Assembly (NCBI GenBank): GCA_964247055.1
Contig: OZ176056.1
Coordinates: 8,928,001-8,992,000 of the forward strand
Direction: 5' to 3'
DNA length: 64,000 bases
Origin: Paragordius varius
Taxonomy: Eukaryota > Animalia > Nematomorpha
Under the pieces are notes generated by a model, which saw nothing but the letters and a program-made list of their open reading frames with translations, was not told where the DNA came from and made no database searches. A program made the position numbers and the translations under genes. How positions within the stretch are numbered: position 1 is the stretch's first letter; each line of letters starts with the position of its first letter. Below are positions 1 through 13,000 of this stretch, piece by piece.

Positions 1-2369
1 TCATTTCTATCACCTCGGAATTTTGATCAAGAGTTAGTTTGTTTTCAAAATCGGGTGATTTAAAAAAAATATAATATATATTCCACTAAAACTTAGGACA
101 AACCAATTTTTTTATTGAAAATTCTCTTATATAAATGTTAATCATTAAATTATCTAGAAAAGGTCTTTTTATTATATCTTAAAGCGTTTTTATACGATTC
201 ATATAATGCTTTCAATACCATCAAATACACCAACAAAATTTTGCTACAATTTATATTTTAATATAAAAACCAGCATTTTTCAAAAAATTTATTTTTACAC
301 AATCTCGAAATTTATACATATAAGAAAATTAGCCCTTTTTAGGGGGTTTCAAGATTTTCGACTTTTAGGGCCTAAATCTAAAATTCTCTTAATATAAATG
401 TTTTAAATAAATGGCAATAACTTTAACAATCGTAGGAACCAAAAACAATTGCACATACGTTTTTTTATCAAAATAACTATTATATTTTTAAGCCCTCGAT
501 TTTGTACAGAGTATAATTTAAATTCACAATTTTACAGTTAGAAATTTAAATTATACAAATTCAACATAAAAATTCAAAAAAAATATTTTGTCAAAAATGC
601 TAGCACACTTTTTAAAACTTAAATTTCCTTAACTATAAAATTAATATTTCAAAATATATAATAGAATAGTGTTAACAATTTACATTTAAATCACTTATAC
701 AGAGCAACATCAAACGATGACTATATTTAAAAATATTTAAACACAGGGATGGCAACACTCCTTTTCGGTTCGCAAAATTGCTTTAAAAAATTCTAAAAAT
801 TGCATTTGGATTTCCGATTATTTAGAAGATATATCACCCCAAAATGAAAAAACTAAAAATTATCATAGCAGCTGCGGAGATTTTTGTGTTCGCCTATGGT
901 TATCCTTTTATAAAAAATTTTTTACTTTGTTTTAACGTTTTTCCTGTATAATTTTGTCTAGTTCTTAAAAACAGGGTTATATGCGCTGTCTGCTTAAATT
1001 GATTTAAAACAAAACATGAAAATTATACTGTAAAAAATAACCATACCATAAGTCAATATTATATATGATAATGTTTTATTTTCTATTTTGTATATTATGA
1101 CCCCAATGGAGTTAAATATAGAATATTTAATAAAACAATTCAATAAAATAACTATCAAAATTAATGGGTAGAAATTTTTTTGTCATTGGCTTGAAGAGTT
1201 GAGGCATAAGATTTAATTTTGATAAAAAAACTATGAGTGAGATAGGTAATTTTGAACTCCATATTTTGCAATCATACGATACGTTATATTAATAAAATCA
1301 GTGTTAAAGTATGGTTGTCTCTAATATATATTAGTCTTTTTATTTTAATTTTTTTAAACAATTTGTATATTTAAGGTAACATTAGGTGTATTACCTATTC
1401 TCAATTTTTAATTTTGCGACCCAAAACAATCGTTAAATCGAAAAAAATATGGTTGGGAATTAATATTATAACTTTATTATTACTCTAACAGTAAAAATTG
1501 AAATTGCACAGACAAAATGTAAAATACATAATTTTTTTAAAGAGACCATTTTTTGTAAAACTTAATTCTTTTTGCAAAAAATGTTTGATTACAATCGTAA
1601 AACACATAGTTGATTATGTTAGCATTAAACATTCCTATTTCATATTTCGCAAATTAAAACATATTTGTATCGAGCGGCCTTTTGATATTTTTTTACGTTT
1701 TCTCCGTATAATTTCAATTTTTAGTGTAATTTCCAAAAAACTTTAAATGGTTTTACCCAATGTAAGTTCCACCACAAAATCTTCCATTAACAAGGTGGTG
1801 CTTGCCAATCAGATCCTAGAGCCTGAAACTCAGCTGATCCGCCTTCAATAAAAATTGTGCGTCAAGCCATACTTAACAATATTCAACAATGTATAGCTAT
1901 ACATTATGCCAATATTTATATCAACAAATTTAATCTTTTCATTTATAGATAAGCTATCATTTAATAAAATCACTTAATAAATTTAATGATGCTCCCTTAT
2001 TTAATTAGAATCAATAAATGGACATATGTATAAAATTTATGGGCATTTAAATCAATTGTTCATCTGTGCATTTATTTCGGCATTTATTTGGCCGATAAAC
2101 TCAGCAATTGTATTTTGTTAAAATAATCCCCTTTTTGCAAATTAGAATTAAATAAATTAACAATATGTCAAATTAACTATTTCTTTCCAATGAGATCTAA
2201 CAAATTATGATCTTTCATCACGAACGGATCCAAAACAAACATAACACCTAATATATTCATCTATAAAATGCTGATTAGCGATTACATTTATACAATTTTC
2301 TGTAATTAATATTGGCATAGATGATGAGCGATGTACATTAACAATTTTATTCATGTATGATTGGTATTT

Positions 2370-4964
2370 TTAAATGGGGCAAGGACAGTCAGAGAGAACA
2401 TCTCTTCCACTAGCAGATTTTGGGAAAGCTATTACATCTTGAATTGTTTGACAACCTCTAGCGAGAGCCACAATTCGATCACATCCCAGAGCTATCCCAG
2501 CGTGGGGTGGACACCCGCCTGACAATATCTCCAGGAAGTAACCGATATTATTTGGTGGATTTGATCGTCCATCACCAAATAGAATTGAAAAAACACCAGT
2601 TTGTTCAATTCTATTATGGATTCGGACTGAACCACCCCCAATTTCAACGCCATTCACAACGAGGTCATAATGTTGTGCCCGTAGCGCTAAAATTTGCTCA
2701 ACCAATTTGTCATCTTTCATCATAGTATTAAAGTTATCTTCTTTGATACTAAAGATAGCGTTTAAAGTTGATTTATGTTCCGGAATAACTGCAGTAAAGG
2801 GATGATGAACTGAACCTATGCTGACAGCGCCGTTGTTAATATTAAGATTCTTTAATTCAAACATGGGGAAATGTGTTATCCAAACAAACTCAAAATCTTT
2901 CGTCGTGTTTGATGAACGTAGAGTTTGGAGCTCTTGTTGTGAAAAGCAGTATGAAAGTAAAAGGTTCCCGAGTCTTCCCATAGCAATTTGAGCATTCTTT
3001 AAGCTATATGAAGAGTTAAAACACAGTTGAATATTTGAATCGATTTGATTTATATCAATATTGTTTGGGTTAAAATCAAGGGTATGTTGCATATGATCAT
3101 AACTTATTATAGGAATAAGGGAAGTTGTTTCGTTATTTTGATTAAAACAGTATATTATAGATTGTGATTTCTTTTTCTCAATATTAACCGTGTGTATGTC
3201 ATCACTAATAAATATTTTGCATAACAAATCTTTGAATAGAGTTGAGTCATTTCCTTGGTTTTCTATCAGGAGTTTTTCGATGTTTCGTAAAATTTTGCCA
3301 TTAATTTGCAAGCCGACCATATTTGTTTGCTTTAGATTGTCATTGTCAAACTTTTTAGTTGAAAAATATTGGAGTTGTAAAACATTGCGATATCTCAGAT
3401 CGGGTTTATCGGACCCAGAAAGTCTCATAGCTTCGTCATATGTCATTGTGGGGAATGGGGTTTGTATATTCTGTGGATTATCTATATGGAAATAAAATAG
3501 GACATCGTAAAATTAAAATATAAATCATGTTTCTTAAGGTCAAATAATATAAAAAATGAGGTTTATTTCTCACAAATGGTAAATATTGGGATTTTTACAT
3601 AAAACCAGTTGAATGATACCAATGAAGTAATATAAAACAAAAGACAAAACTTCAACGAGTGAACAAAACAAAGATAATAACGAAACTATTTTCTTATTAA
3701 ATTTTGGATTTAAAGCAATAATTTTGAATAAAAAAATGTCAATGATTTAACATTAAGATCGATAATATATAATAAAAAGCAAAAATTATTATATAAACTA
3801 AATTATAGGAATAAGCAATAACGACATGTAATTCAGAGATTTTTTATTTAACATTTTCGTGGTTTAGAATATTTAAGCTTCGATTCCGCAAACTTAACTA
3901 AAATTTTGAAAGTATATAACAATTTTTCGTTCGAAAACAACAATTGTTTAAATGTATTTACATGTATAAAAGATATATGTTCACACCTGTATCAAAGAGC
4001 GTAGGCCACGAATGTACAAGCATTCGTTCGATCAGCTGCATGATATCGTTTGGTGTTGCAAATGAAGCTTCCAAATCTATTTGAGTGAATTCGGGTTGGC
4101 GTTCAGACGAGATTCGCGTTTCATTGCGAAAACATCTAGCAATTTGGTAATATCGATCAAAACCACTAGCCATCAACGCTTGTTTAAGGATTTGCGGACT
4201 CTGGCAAAGGGCATAATAAGATGACTGATTTGATTCAAGTTTATCTATTGCATCATCGGTAGATTTTAGGGAAGATTTAACGAGAAATTCTGAGGCACCC
4301 ATATTGGGCGGTGATGGTTTATGTAGGTAGGGTGTTTCAATTTCAACAAAATTCTCAGCATCCAAAAAGTTTTTTACGCTAGACAAAAATTTAGCGCGTT
4401 TCCTTAAATTGTTTTGCATAAAATTTGTTCTGAGATAGGCATATCGGTATCTCAACTTTTCATATTCCGTATAATTGTTATCATGATTATCCATAAACAT
4501 GGATTGTGTTTCGGACATATAATTTTTGTTGATTAATTTTAGGGTTTGAGCCAAAATTTCAATTTTTCCAGTCGGCATTTTTGGATTCTCGGTTGGACGT
4601 TTAGAAATTAAGCCCTCAACCTCGATAACGCTTTGAAGCGGCATTTCTAAATCTTTGAAATCAATTGCGCTTTCACCCGCAAAAATTTGAGTAGAAAAAT
4701 TATCTAGCAAAACTTGTACAGTACCAGTTTCATCTTTAACCACCAAAAATTTATGATCGTATCGAGAATGAATAAGCCAACCCCGTATTTTTACTGCATC
4801 ATTTAGATGATTTATTGAAAGTTTCCCACATTTAACCAAGCGAAAAGTTTTCGCAGTCACGGAGATATTTGGTTTAACTATAATTATACAAATAAATACC
4901 TACATGTGCAGAAAGATTCAAAAAACGTTTGAAAAAACGCTCTACCATGCGGTACTTTTAACAT
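2370..4964 (-). CDS. DARS2: Mitochondrial-type aspartyl-tRNA synthetase, 3 exons (left-arm copy)
   Basis: Motifs match bacterial-type AspRS: OB-fold VKIRGW, FVEIETPYL, GASEFLV, YALCQSPQILKQALMASGFDRYYQIARCFRNE, RQPEFTQIDLEASF, GSDKPDLR, WITHFPMFE, HHPFTA, HYDLVVNGVEIGGGSVRIH, PPHAGIALGCDRIV, DVIAFPKS. Proposed exons are 4964-4946 (ATG TTA AAA GTA CCG CAT G|GTAGAG), 4877-3987 and 3481-2370. All introns are GT-AG with compatible phases; the total of 2022 nt gives 673 aa. The 5' micro-exon is the least certain part. Confidence 0.93.
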
Positions 4965-4992
4965 GCGTAATAGACTAATCAAGAAGGGTGAA
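4965..4992. promoter_or_regulatory. 28-bp interval between the divergent DARS2 and CIAO1 start codons (inferred bidirectional or overlapping promoter); mirrored at 63658-63685
   Basis: The minus-strand ATG is at 4964 and the plus-strand ATG at 4993; the same spacing occurs in the right arm. Promoter function is inferred from gene geometry only. Confidence 0.5.
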
Positions 4993-7900
4993 ATGCATCT
5001 GGATTTAGTGCATACTTTGTCAGATGGGGCGCATGAGGATACGGTTTGGGATATAAATTGGAGTCCTGATGGGAAATATCTGGCATCTTGTGGAACTGAT
5101 AAAATTGTAAATATTTGGGCTTTTAAAGATGGTTTACCTTTTTTTTTACTAATTATCCAGAAAGTTCTTTAAGTTGTGTGGCCGCTCTTGAAGATGGACA
5201 TAAAAGAACGATTAGGTCGATCGCTTGGTCTCCAGACAGTAAAATTTTAGCATCCGCAAGTTTTGATTCAACGATATGTATTTGGGAGCGCTCAGAAAAT
5301 GGGTACGAAGCAATTGCATCTTTGGGTAAAATTTAATTTTTTTTCTTATCGATTTTTTAAATACTCGTTAATGTTTAATTTGTTGTAATCATTTTTTATA
5401 TAAAGAATTAATATTTAATAGAAATACCTAAAATAAAGAAATTTTATTTATATAAAATTCTATATTTTTATATCCTTTTAGATTAGACAATTTTATAAAA
5501 CATAAAAATGAGTTTTTGACCAACCCTATTATATTATATTTGAAAAATAAAATCGATAGCTTATATTAAAAAATTTGAAAAATACTTTTTTAACAAAATC
5601 CTTCATTTCATATCTTATGTTTTGTCTTTATAATTTTGAACGAATATAAATTCCCATTTTTTGCATATATATGTTTAGAGGGCCATGAAAATGAAGTTAA
5701 ATGTGTAAGTTTTTCTCCTTCAGGAAAATATTTGGCAACTTGTGGTCGCGATAAAACTATTTGGATTTGGGAAAGTTAGTTATCAAAAAAACTTTTATAT
5801 TTAGAAAACTTATTTTTTAAAAAATTAACATTTATACATTTAAATAGTTGATTGTGAGATGGAATTCGAATGTTCTGGAATAATTAATAGCCACACGCAA
5901 GACGTTAAAAAAGTTTGTTGGCATCCTACTTTAGATGTAATATTTAATTTAAGTTTATTACAAATATATTTTTATAATTGTAAAATTTTAGCGTTTTTGA
6001 CTCAATAATTTTAAAAAAACTGTTGTTTTAACAAAAGAACCAGCAAAATACTTTTGGTTAGGATTTGATTTTTACCGCTTTAATGTGGATTTTATTTTGA
6101 AAAGATTATTGTTTTTCAATGGTATGTAAAATTATCGGGGTTATTATGGTTCACGAATATTCATAAATATTTAATGATTTATCTTTAAAACAATTCTCCA
6201 AAAAAATATACCATTTAATTTAAAGTTCAAATTCAAAATTATACCTTATTTTTTATCAACGGATTCATGAATGAAATTTTAATCCGGTTTTATATCAAAA
6301 ACTGAATCAACCATTTTTTACGTATGTTTCTTGTGGTTCTAAAAGCCGTCGTTATAAAAAGATTGAAACGCTTTATAAATTTATTTTTTACTCTTTTTTT
6401 CGCCTAATTTTGCGTTATTAGTCAATTTTTGTAAGATATTAATTTTAAAAACGGTTTTATAGAAGATTATTCAATGCGATTTTAATTCAAAATTAACATT
6501 TTATCATTTTTAGAACCATATTTTAATATTTTTTTTAATCTAAAACAATTTCTGTAAAGGTGTTAATCCCAGTTAAATATTTCAACTTTTTAACTGTAGA
6601 TTTTGGTTTCAAGTAGCTATGATGATACAATACGTATTCACTCTTACATGCCAGAAAGTATGGATTGGGAAACTATTCAAACTTTGTATGGTCATAACGG
6701 GACAGTTTGGTCTGCAAAATTTGCTCCATCTTATGTCACACCCTCAGATCAGCTGATTTCTCAAACTTCAAATTATAATCAATTATTATTATGGTTGTTA
6801 ATGGCTTCAGTAAGTTCAGATCAGAACCTAAAAGTTTGGGCTAATGGAACAATTAACTCCTCTAATGTAGAGAATTCTAGTCCTCAATCATTAACTGGTT
6901 TCCTATTCTTTTTGTATTGTTTTTATAAACAAGGCTTTACGGCATTTGGGATGTTTCAAATGTTTTTTAACTTAATGTTTTAAGAAATTATAAGAAAAGC
7001 AAAAAAGACTGATATTTTTATGGAATCAATCATATTTTCTGTACTCTTGATTAAATAAATCTATCTTTCCCATAATATAATTTAAATTCGTAAATATATT
7101 CTGTCTTTAAAAAAATCATGGTGTATTAAAAGTAGGGCTGTCGCTTTATACAAAATAGCTTGTCTTTAAAAACTTTTGAATTTTTACTGTATATATAAGC
7201 TTTTCTTGTTATTGTAGATTCCATAATACTTAAACCTTGGAAATGTGTTTCGACAGCTCACAAATTACATTCAAGACCAATTTATGATTTAGATTGGTAA
7301 TATTTATGTTAAAGTGAAAATAAATGATAAATTTTATAAAAAAAAATTTAAGAAAAATAATTTAAAGTAAACCACATTTTTATCCTTGAATTATTTCTAT
7401 ATAATAAATTGCTTCTATAATTTAGTTTTCTATTTCTTCTATCCCAGCCCAAAACTATAGGCTATATTAATGATATTTGAGTTTAATTTTCTTTTTAATA
7501 ATATTACCTATTACTTTTTGTTTTATCTTTACAATTTTGATTTTTACTGTAATTGTGTCCTTATAAAATGTTCTATTTTTCTTTAAAATATATTTTTAAC
7601 CATTTTTATTTTATTTTGCATAATAAAGGCACCCGAAAATACCATATCTGGTAGCTACCTGTGGAGGCGATAATGCTATAAGACTAACTCAAATAATTCC
7701 TAATAATAATGAAACACATCTTTTTTCAGCAGATAAAGACCAACAAGATTCATTAAATGAAAATCTTTATATGAAATGTAATGAAAAAGAATTTGGTAAT
7801 CAAACGAATAGTATAAACAGCGATAATAAAAGTTTGACCAACCAGAAAAGTAATTTTATAATTACAGTATAAACATTGAAAATATATACGGACTGTAAAA

Positions 7901-8440
7901 ATATAGACAATATTTTTTCCAAAAGACCACGCTGTACTTTTTGAAATTTATTTTTTTATATATAATATTGTTTTAAACTGCACAGTATGAAATAATAATG
8001 TATTGGTAATACAATTTCATAATAAAGAAAAAATTAATTATATGTTTGCCTCTTGAAAAAAAAATCATATTATACGTTTTGTCCATATAATTGTAATTGT
8101 TACTATAAATAATAATTTTATGTTAATTCAAGTTTAAATAAGCTCTCTCTTTTGTTTTAGATTTTTCTGTTAAACTTCAAATTTTAACAAAAGATAGAAA
8201 TATGTATCGTAAATTAATCCATGGAATTCCAGTATCTGGGCCAAACCAATAATACATATTATTCATTTTTATAATTTTATTTTTATATCTCTAGAATTCA
8301 CGAGTAAAATGCAGCATGAAATATTAGATGCCCACACCTCAGATATAAACGCCATAAGGTGGAATCCTGTAAAACCCCAATATTTAGCTTCCTGTTCAGA
8401 TGACTCTACTATAAAAATTTGGAAACTTTCAATATCTTAG
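4993..8440 (+). CDS. CIAO1: Cytosolic iron-sulfur assembly WD40 protein CIAO1/Cia1 (left-arm copy); exon 1 has a +2 frameshift or a 29-nt intron at 5132-5160
   Basis: WD repeats typical of Cia1: [162 protein letters not shown]. Exons are 4993-5325, 5679-5774, 5848-5936, 6600-6897, 7218-7296, 7629-7849 and 8295-8440, with consistent phases. The CDS is 1233 nt (410 aa) only if 5132-5160 is removed. Confidence 0.9.
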
Positions 8441-8649
8441 CGACAATTTAAAAATATTTTTTCGATTTAATAATAAAAAGAATTTGTATAAATTTGTATA
8501 ACTGTTTTTATTTTTTATGATAAATACCAAGGTGTTTATTAAATTAAAAAAGACAATAATTTAATATTTCAAGTATTTATAGGAATAGTATAGTTTTTTC
8601 ATCACGGTATATTGATTGTTCAATGTAAATTCTTTTGATTCCTTATTGA

Positions 8650-9345
8650 ATTGATAAAATATTTTAAAAAAATTAGGTATGACTATTTTAGGCTTTTTGT
8701 AAATTAACTCTTTAGTTATTAAAAGTATCTATTTTTTAATAGTTAATTTATGTTAAAAATCTGTTTCTTCATGTTATCATATAAAAATGATGTGCCAAAA
8801 AATACACCATTTTTTAGGAAATAAATAAATAATAAGCTGAAAAACATGGGCTAGTATCGAAGTATCAAAACAAAATCGAATCTTTGATTTTAATTTATTT
8901 TACTCAGAGAAATGCACCCGAAATTACGATTTTTCGGTTAAACGGTTTAAATGATTAGTCATCTTGAGAACTAAAAACACCATAAGATTACCGTAAAAAA
9001 GCAAGTTTATTATTTTATATTAAGTTTTAATTATTTCAATGTTTTGTAATTGTTAAAAGGAAAAATTCCAAAAAATTTAATTCATTAATCACGGAAAAAC
9101 TGATATTTTCCGAAAATATCGAGTCTATTACGATTTAACATGTTTCAATGTCTTATTAATTGGCAAAAATTTATCCTTTATTAAAACTTCTCTTAATCGC
9201 TGATTCGGGATGTTTTTCATTATCAAGAGAGATACTATGATAAATAAATAATTCAAATTTAACCTTAATACAAATGGTTATATTAGGTTAAAAATTCTAA
9301 ATCAGAGCGACAAGTTTGTACGCAAAACGTAGAGACTACACCAGG
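8650..9345. repeat. Dispersed ~650-bp repeat, with an inverted diverged copy at ~38780-39330
   Basis: Shared blocks include CATGGGCTAGTA, TTTACTCAGAGA, TTACCGTAAA and GCGTACAAAC.TGTCGCTCTGATTT. It is not part of the colinear arms. Confidence 0.6.
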
Positions 9346-10028
9346 GATTTGATCTAGCAGCCCTTCCAAAACTTTATTGAGGCCGCGAGAAATTTCACAA
9401 GCGAAATTTTTATGAAACCTAAGTGAAAAAAAATTTTGAATCAGTAAATTCAAATTTTGGCAATAATCTAGCAAAGACTGAAAAATATTGGTTTTTACAA
9501 AATATTTAAACTTTTCTATATATATCACGAATGCGTCCCGTCTTATTTTTTGATGCGAAAATGCGGTTCGCGAAGCCTTTTGTGTTGGACATTCTTGATC
9601 TAAAGTAAAAAAATAATAGATATTTGAATCTTAATTACCAACTTAACTATAATAAATTCTAGGTTTTATTCTTTTCTGTCTGTAAGGTTTTTAAAAATAA
9701 AAGTTATTTTTGTGGATAAAATTGAAAATATGTATTCATTATCGGGACAATGGTTTACTCATCTCGCCGACGCTTAAACAAAGAAGAATATCGTTTCATA
9801 TTGGCAAATCGCATTGACTTAAATGTCTTAAATCCCCAAAACATGCCGAACCCTAGTTATAACTTTAAGTGATATTTTTTGAACCCAGGATTAAATATTT
9901 GAATGACATGAAAGAGTTTAATAGTAATGCTTAAGATGCAAATCCCTGACATTTATTAGAGAGTTTTCGAAAAAGTATATAATAATCACATTAGATAATG
10001 GGTATTTTTACATATTTTATGATTAATA

Positions 10029-13000
10029 TTAAAGAATTATTATTTTCCAATGCGAGTCAGACACAAATCTAATGCTATAGTTCCCTTTCCGAATAAAATT
10101 GTTAGGATTGGAAGGGTACGAATTCATTTTGCCATAAACGACATTGAGGATATTTCCTTTAGGTTCTACATCAAATTCTGGATACGTAACTTGAATGGTA
10201 TAAGCATTACGTCCTGTCTCATTCAACTTAACTTGATAAGTTTTGCTAGATTCATTCACCTATTTAAGGTTTATTCATAAAATCACATATGGAATTAAAA
10301 AATTCAATTGAGTCTTTCTTATTATTAAGAGAGCCTTTTTGTCACCCATTTTATAAAAACGAAATATCCCCAATTTATAGCTCTATATTGACATTAATAA
10401 TTTAACACTTCGATTTAAATTTCCTAGGGACGCCAGACTACATTTAAGTTGATATATCTATAATACTTATGAAGGAAATGGTTTTAATTTAAATATTATG
10501 CTTTTATCATAATAAAATATAAATAAGCCAAAATATCTAGATAAAGTTTTGTCATGATTTTTACCTTGGGATTTATACATAAAATACGTAATATCAAGTG
10601 TTTAAATGAATCTTATTTTATATTTCGGTGCATCAATGTTATATATATGCCAACTTTCTAAATAGTATATCGCTGTTTAAAAATATTTGATCAAAAATAG
10701 GCCTGGGCTCCCCAAAAACCCCAATTTGTATTGGAGGACTGAAATAAATGCCTTTTATTCAAGTGTTTATTACTTCAACCATATTAGAAAAATTTATGTC
10801 AAATTATATTGAGAAAAAAGAGGCCAACATTATTTCATAAGATAAAAAATGATATAAAACCTAAAAAATAAAATGAATAATTGATAGAAACCCGTCAAAC
10901 TAAAAAACTATCAAAACATTTTTATTAAATACAGTTTATTATTAAGTTTGTTCCTTTAATTGATTAATAATTAGTTAAAATAGGAGCTATAGTCAAGTAT
11001 CCTATTACATGGTAAACTCATCATAACATTTGAATACAGTATATTCACATATATGCTGGCTTATTGTTGGTTAATCGGTAATACAGTAGCGTGTGTTATA
11101 AAACAAATTTTGTCCATAATTAAATAGATAAATTAATGTGTTGTAAGATAGGAAAATTTGTTTTATTTCAAAATTTCTGATTCCCATATACTACTGTGTT
11201 GCCAACTGATCAAAAATAATGTCAATAAGCCAATATAAACCTGCCTAATATGGTTTTTTCATTTTACTATAATAATATTATTTTTCAATATTTGGAAAAA
11301 GCAATACCTCTAATTCAGTTGTGTTTCCACTCAATTGATTTTGAATTTTAATAAGGGCATGTTCATGTAACAAACCAATTTCAATCGTGTTATAATTCAA
11401 AGGCTTAAAAACGGCGTCTCTGTGGAGAAATTCCGGATTGGAAACTAAAAAGTTAACAAATTAATTTTTTTCTAAGAAAACTATTGTTAGACTGGATTTA
11501 ATTATATAAATCAAAATTTTAAATATTTAGAAGGAAGTTAAAAATAGGACTTACTGATATATCCACTAAATTTGTGGTGCAGATTAAGGTTAAATTGATA
11601 GGTGAAGTAAAGGAAAAATACCCCATAGACTCCTATAAGAATTTTAATTAAAGTTGAAGACATATAAATGATAAAATTTATCAAGATTTTAAACACCGAT
11701 TAGCACTATACCTCAATAATTATTAGATCGTCATAAAATTTTTCTTGGATTTCGACACTGTGTTCTTTAGCACTGCAATTCGGGTAACTAATTATAACTC
11801 CAACCGTCGTTTCATCAATATTTTGGAAAAATGTTTTAAACTTGTGAGTTTCAGGATAGAATAATCGATTACATTCTATATTTATATGGTGGATATATAA
11901 TCTGATAGAGATTTTTTGTTTTTTAGAGTAAATTAAGTTTTTCCAAAACAAATTAACTGCGAAAATGGTTTGCATTTATTGCGATTGACATTTCATTACC
12001 TTATCTTTTGGTCCTAGGTTACTTTTTGGGGTAGTTTTATATATTCCTGAGCTCAATTTTGTAAATAAAATACAATTTAAAAAGATATTTTAGTTAAATT
12101 TAATTTTTAAACATTGTTCTTAGGTTGTAGACTAAAAAGATCATATTTTTTACAGTTTTTTTGACTTCTAGAGTCTGAAATTGGGACAGATCCAAAATAT
12201 AATTGAAACAAACAGCTGACATAAAAATACATATTAAGTTGTTGTTGGAAAATGTAACATGAAAGCTTTTTAAAGTTAATTATTTACATTTTCAAATAAT
12301 ATAATTTATTTGCCCGTTGTATAAGCAAATAAAAAAATAGAAAAACGGCAAAAAAGTTGGAGATGAGGATTTTTTTACAATTATACATTTTTAAAAACAC
12401 AATTTTGTATGATTTCTTAATTTGGCTTAGTACCTTAAATATTTTTTAAGATATTCAAATTTCAAATCGCTCTGGGTTACAAAACTATCCCAAAAGGTAA
12501 TGGAGTGTAAACAATATAAAAGTCATTACTGTTAATAAATTTTTTAATTAAACATAAAATTACAACTGTTGTATTGTTACCAAATTATATACAGCATGAG
12601 TAAAAGTATACATTGCTAGAAAGTTATAATTATTGCCAATATTAAATACAACAAAGGGGGCAGTATTATTGGCTTATACTTATTTTTACTTTTTGCTATT
12701 AACCAATATTAATTCTCTTTGTTGTACAGGCTACTTGGCAATAATTAATACTTTCTAGCAATGTATACTTAATCATATTGTATTTCATTGCGCGCTCAAA
12801 ACAATAGTGTACACATTCAAAAAAATTAATCTTAAATTTAATAATATAGTTGTTTGTCCTAATAGAATTTCCTTTTTTTATGTTCTTTTTTTGTCAATAA
12901 TTTTATTTTTTTACTGTATTAAATTTTATACCATTTTCACGTCCTTCTTTGTATTCGATCCAAAGGTAATTATTGTATTCAAATTCACAAGTATCCTCAT

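Noticed and set aside
744-900. CAGGGATGGCAAC hAT-like terminus
   Set aside because: I could not find a partner TIR, TSD or coding remnant.
2507-3495. Plus-strand ORFs 2507-2725 and 3190-3495
   Set aside because: They are antisense shadows of DARS2 exons. The same applies to 10050-10280, 28475-28702, 56359-56589 and 63564-63752.
4878-4899. 22-nt micro-intron joining MVERFFKRFLNLSAHV to DARS2
   Set aside because: The right copy has a stop in that frame. A normal 68/70-nt intron from an upstream ATG works in both copies and is more parsimonious.
8161-8229. Extra CIAO1 exon
   Set aside because: It is not conserved in the right-arm copy and is not needed, since exon 6 splices in phase to the last exon.
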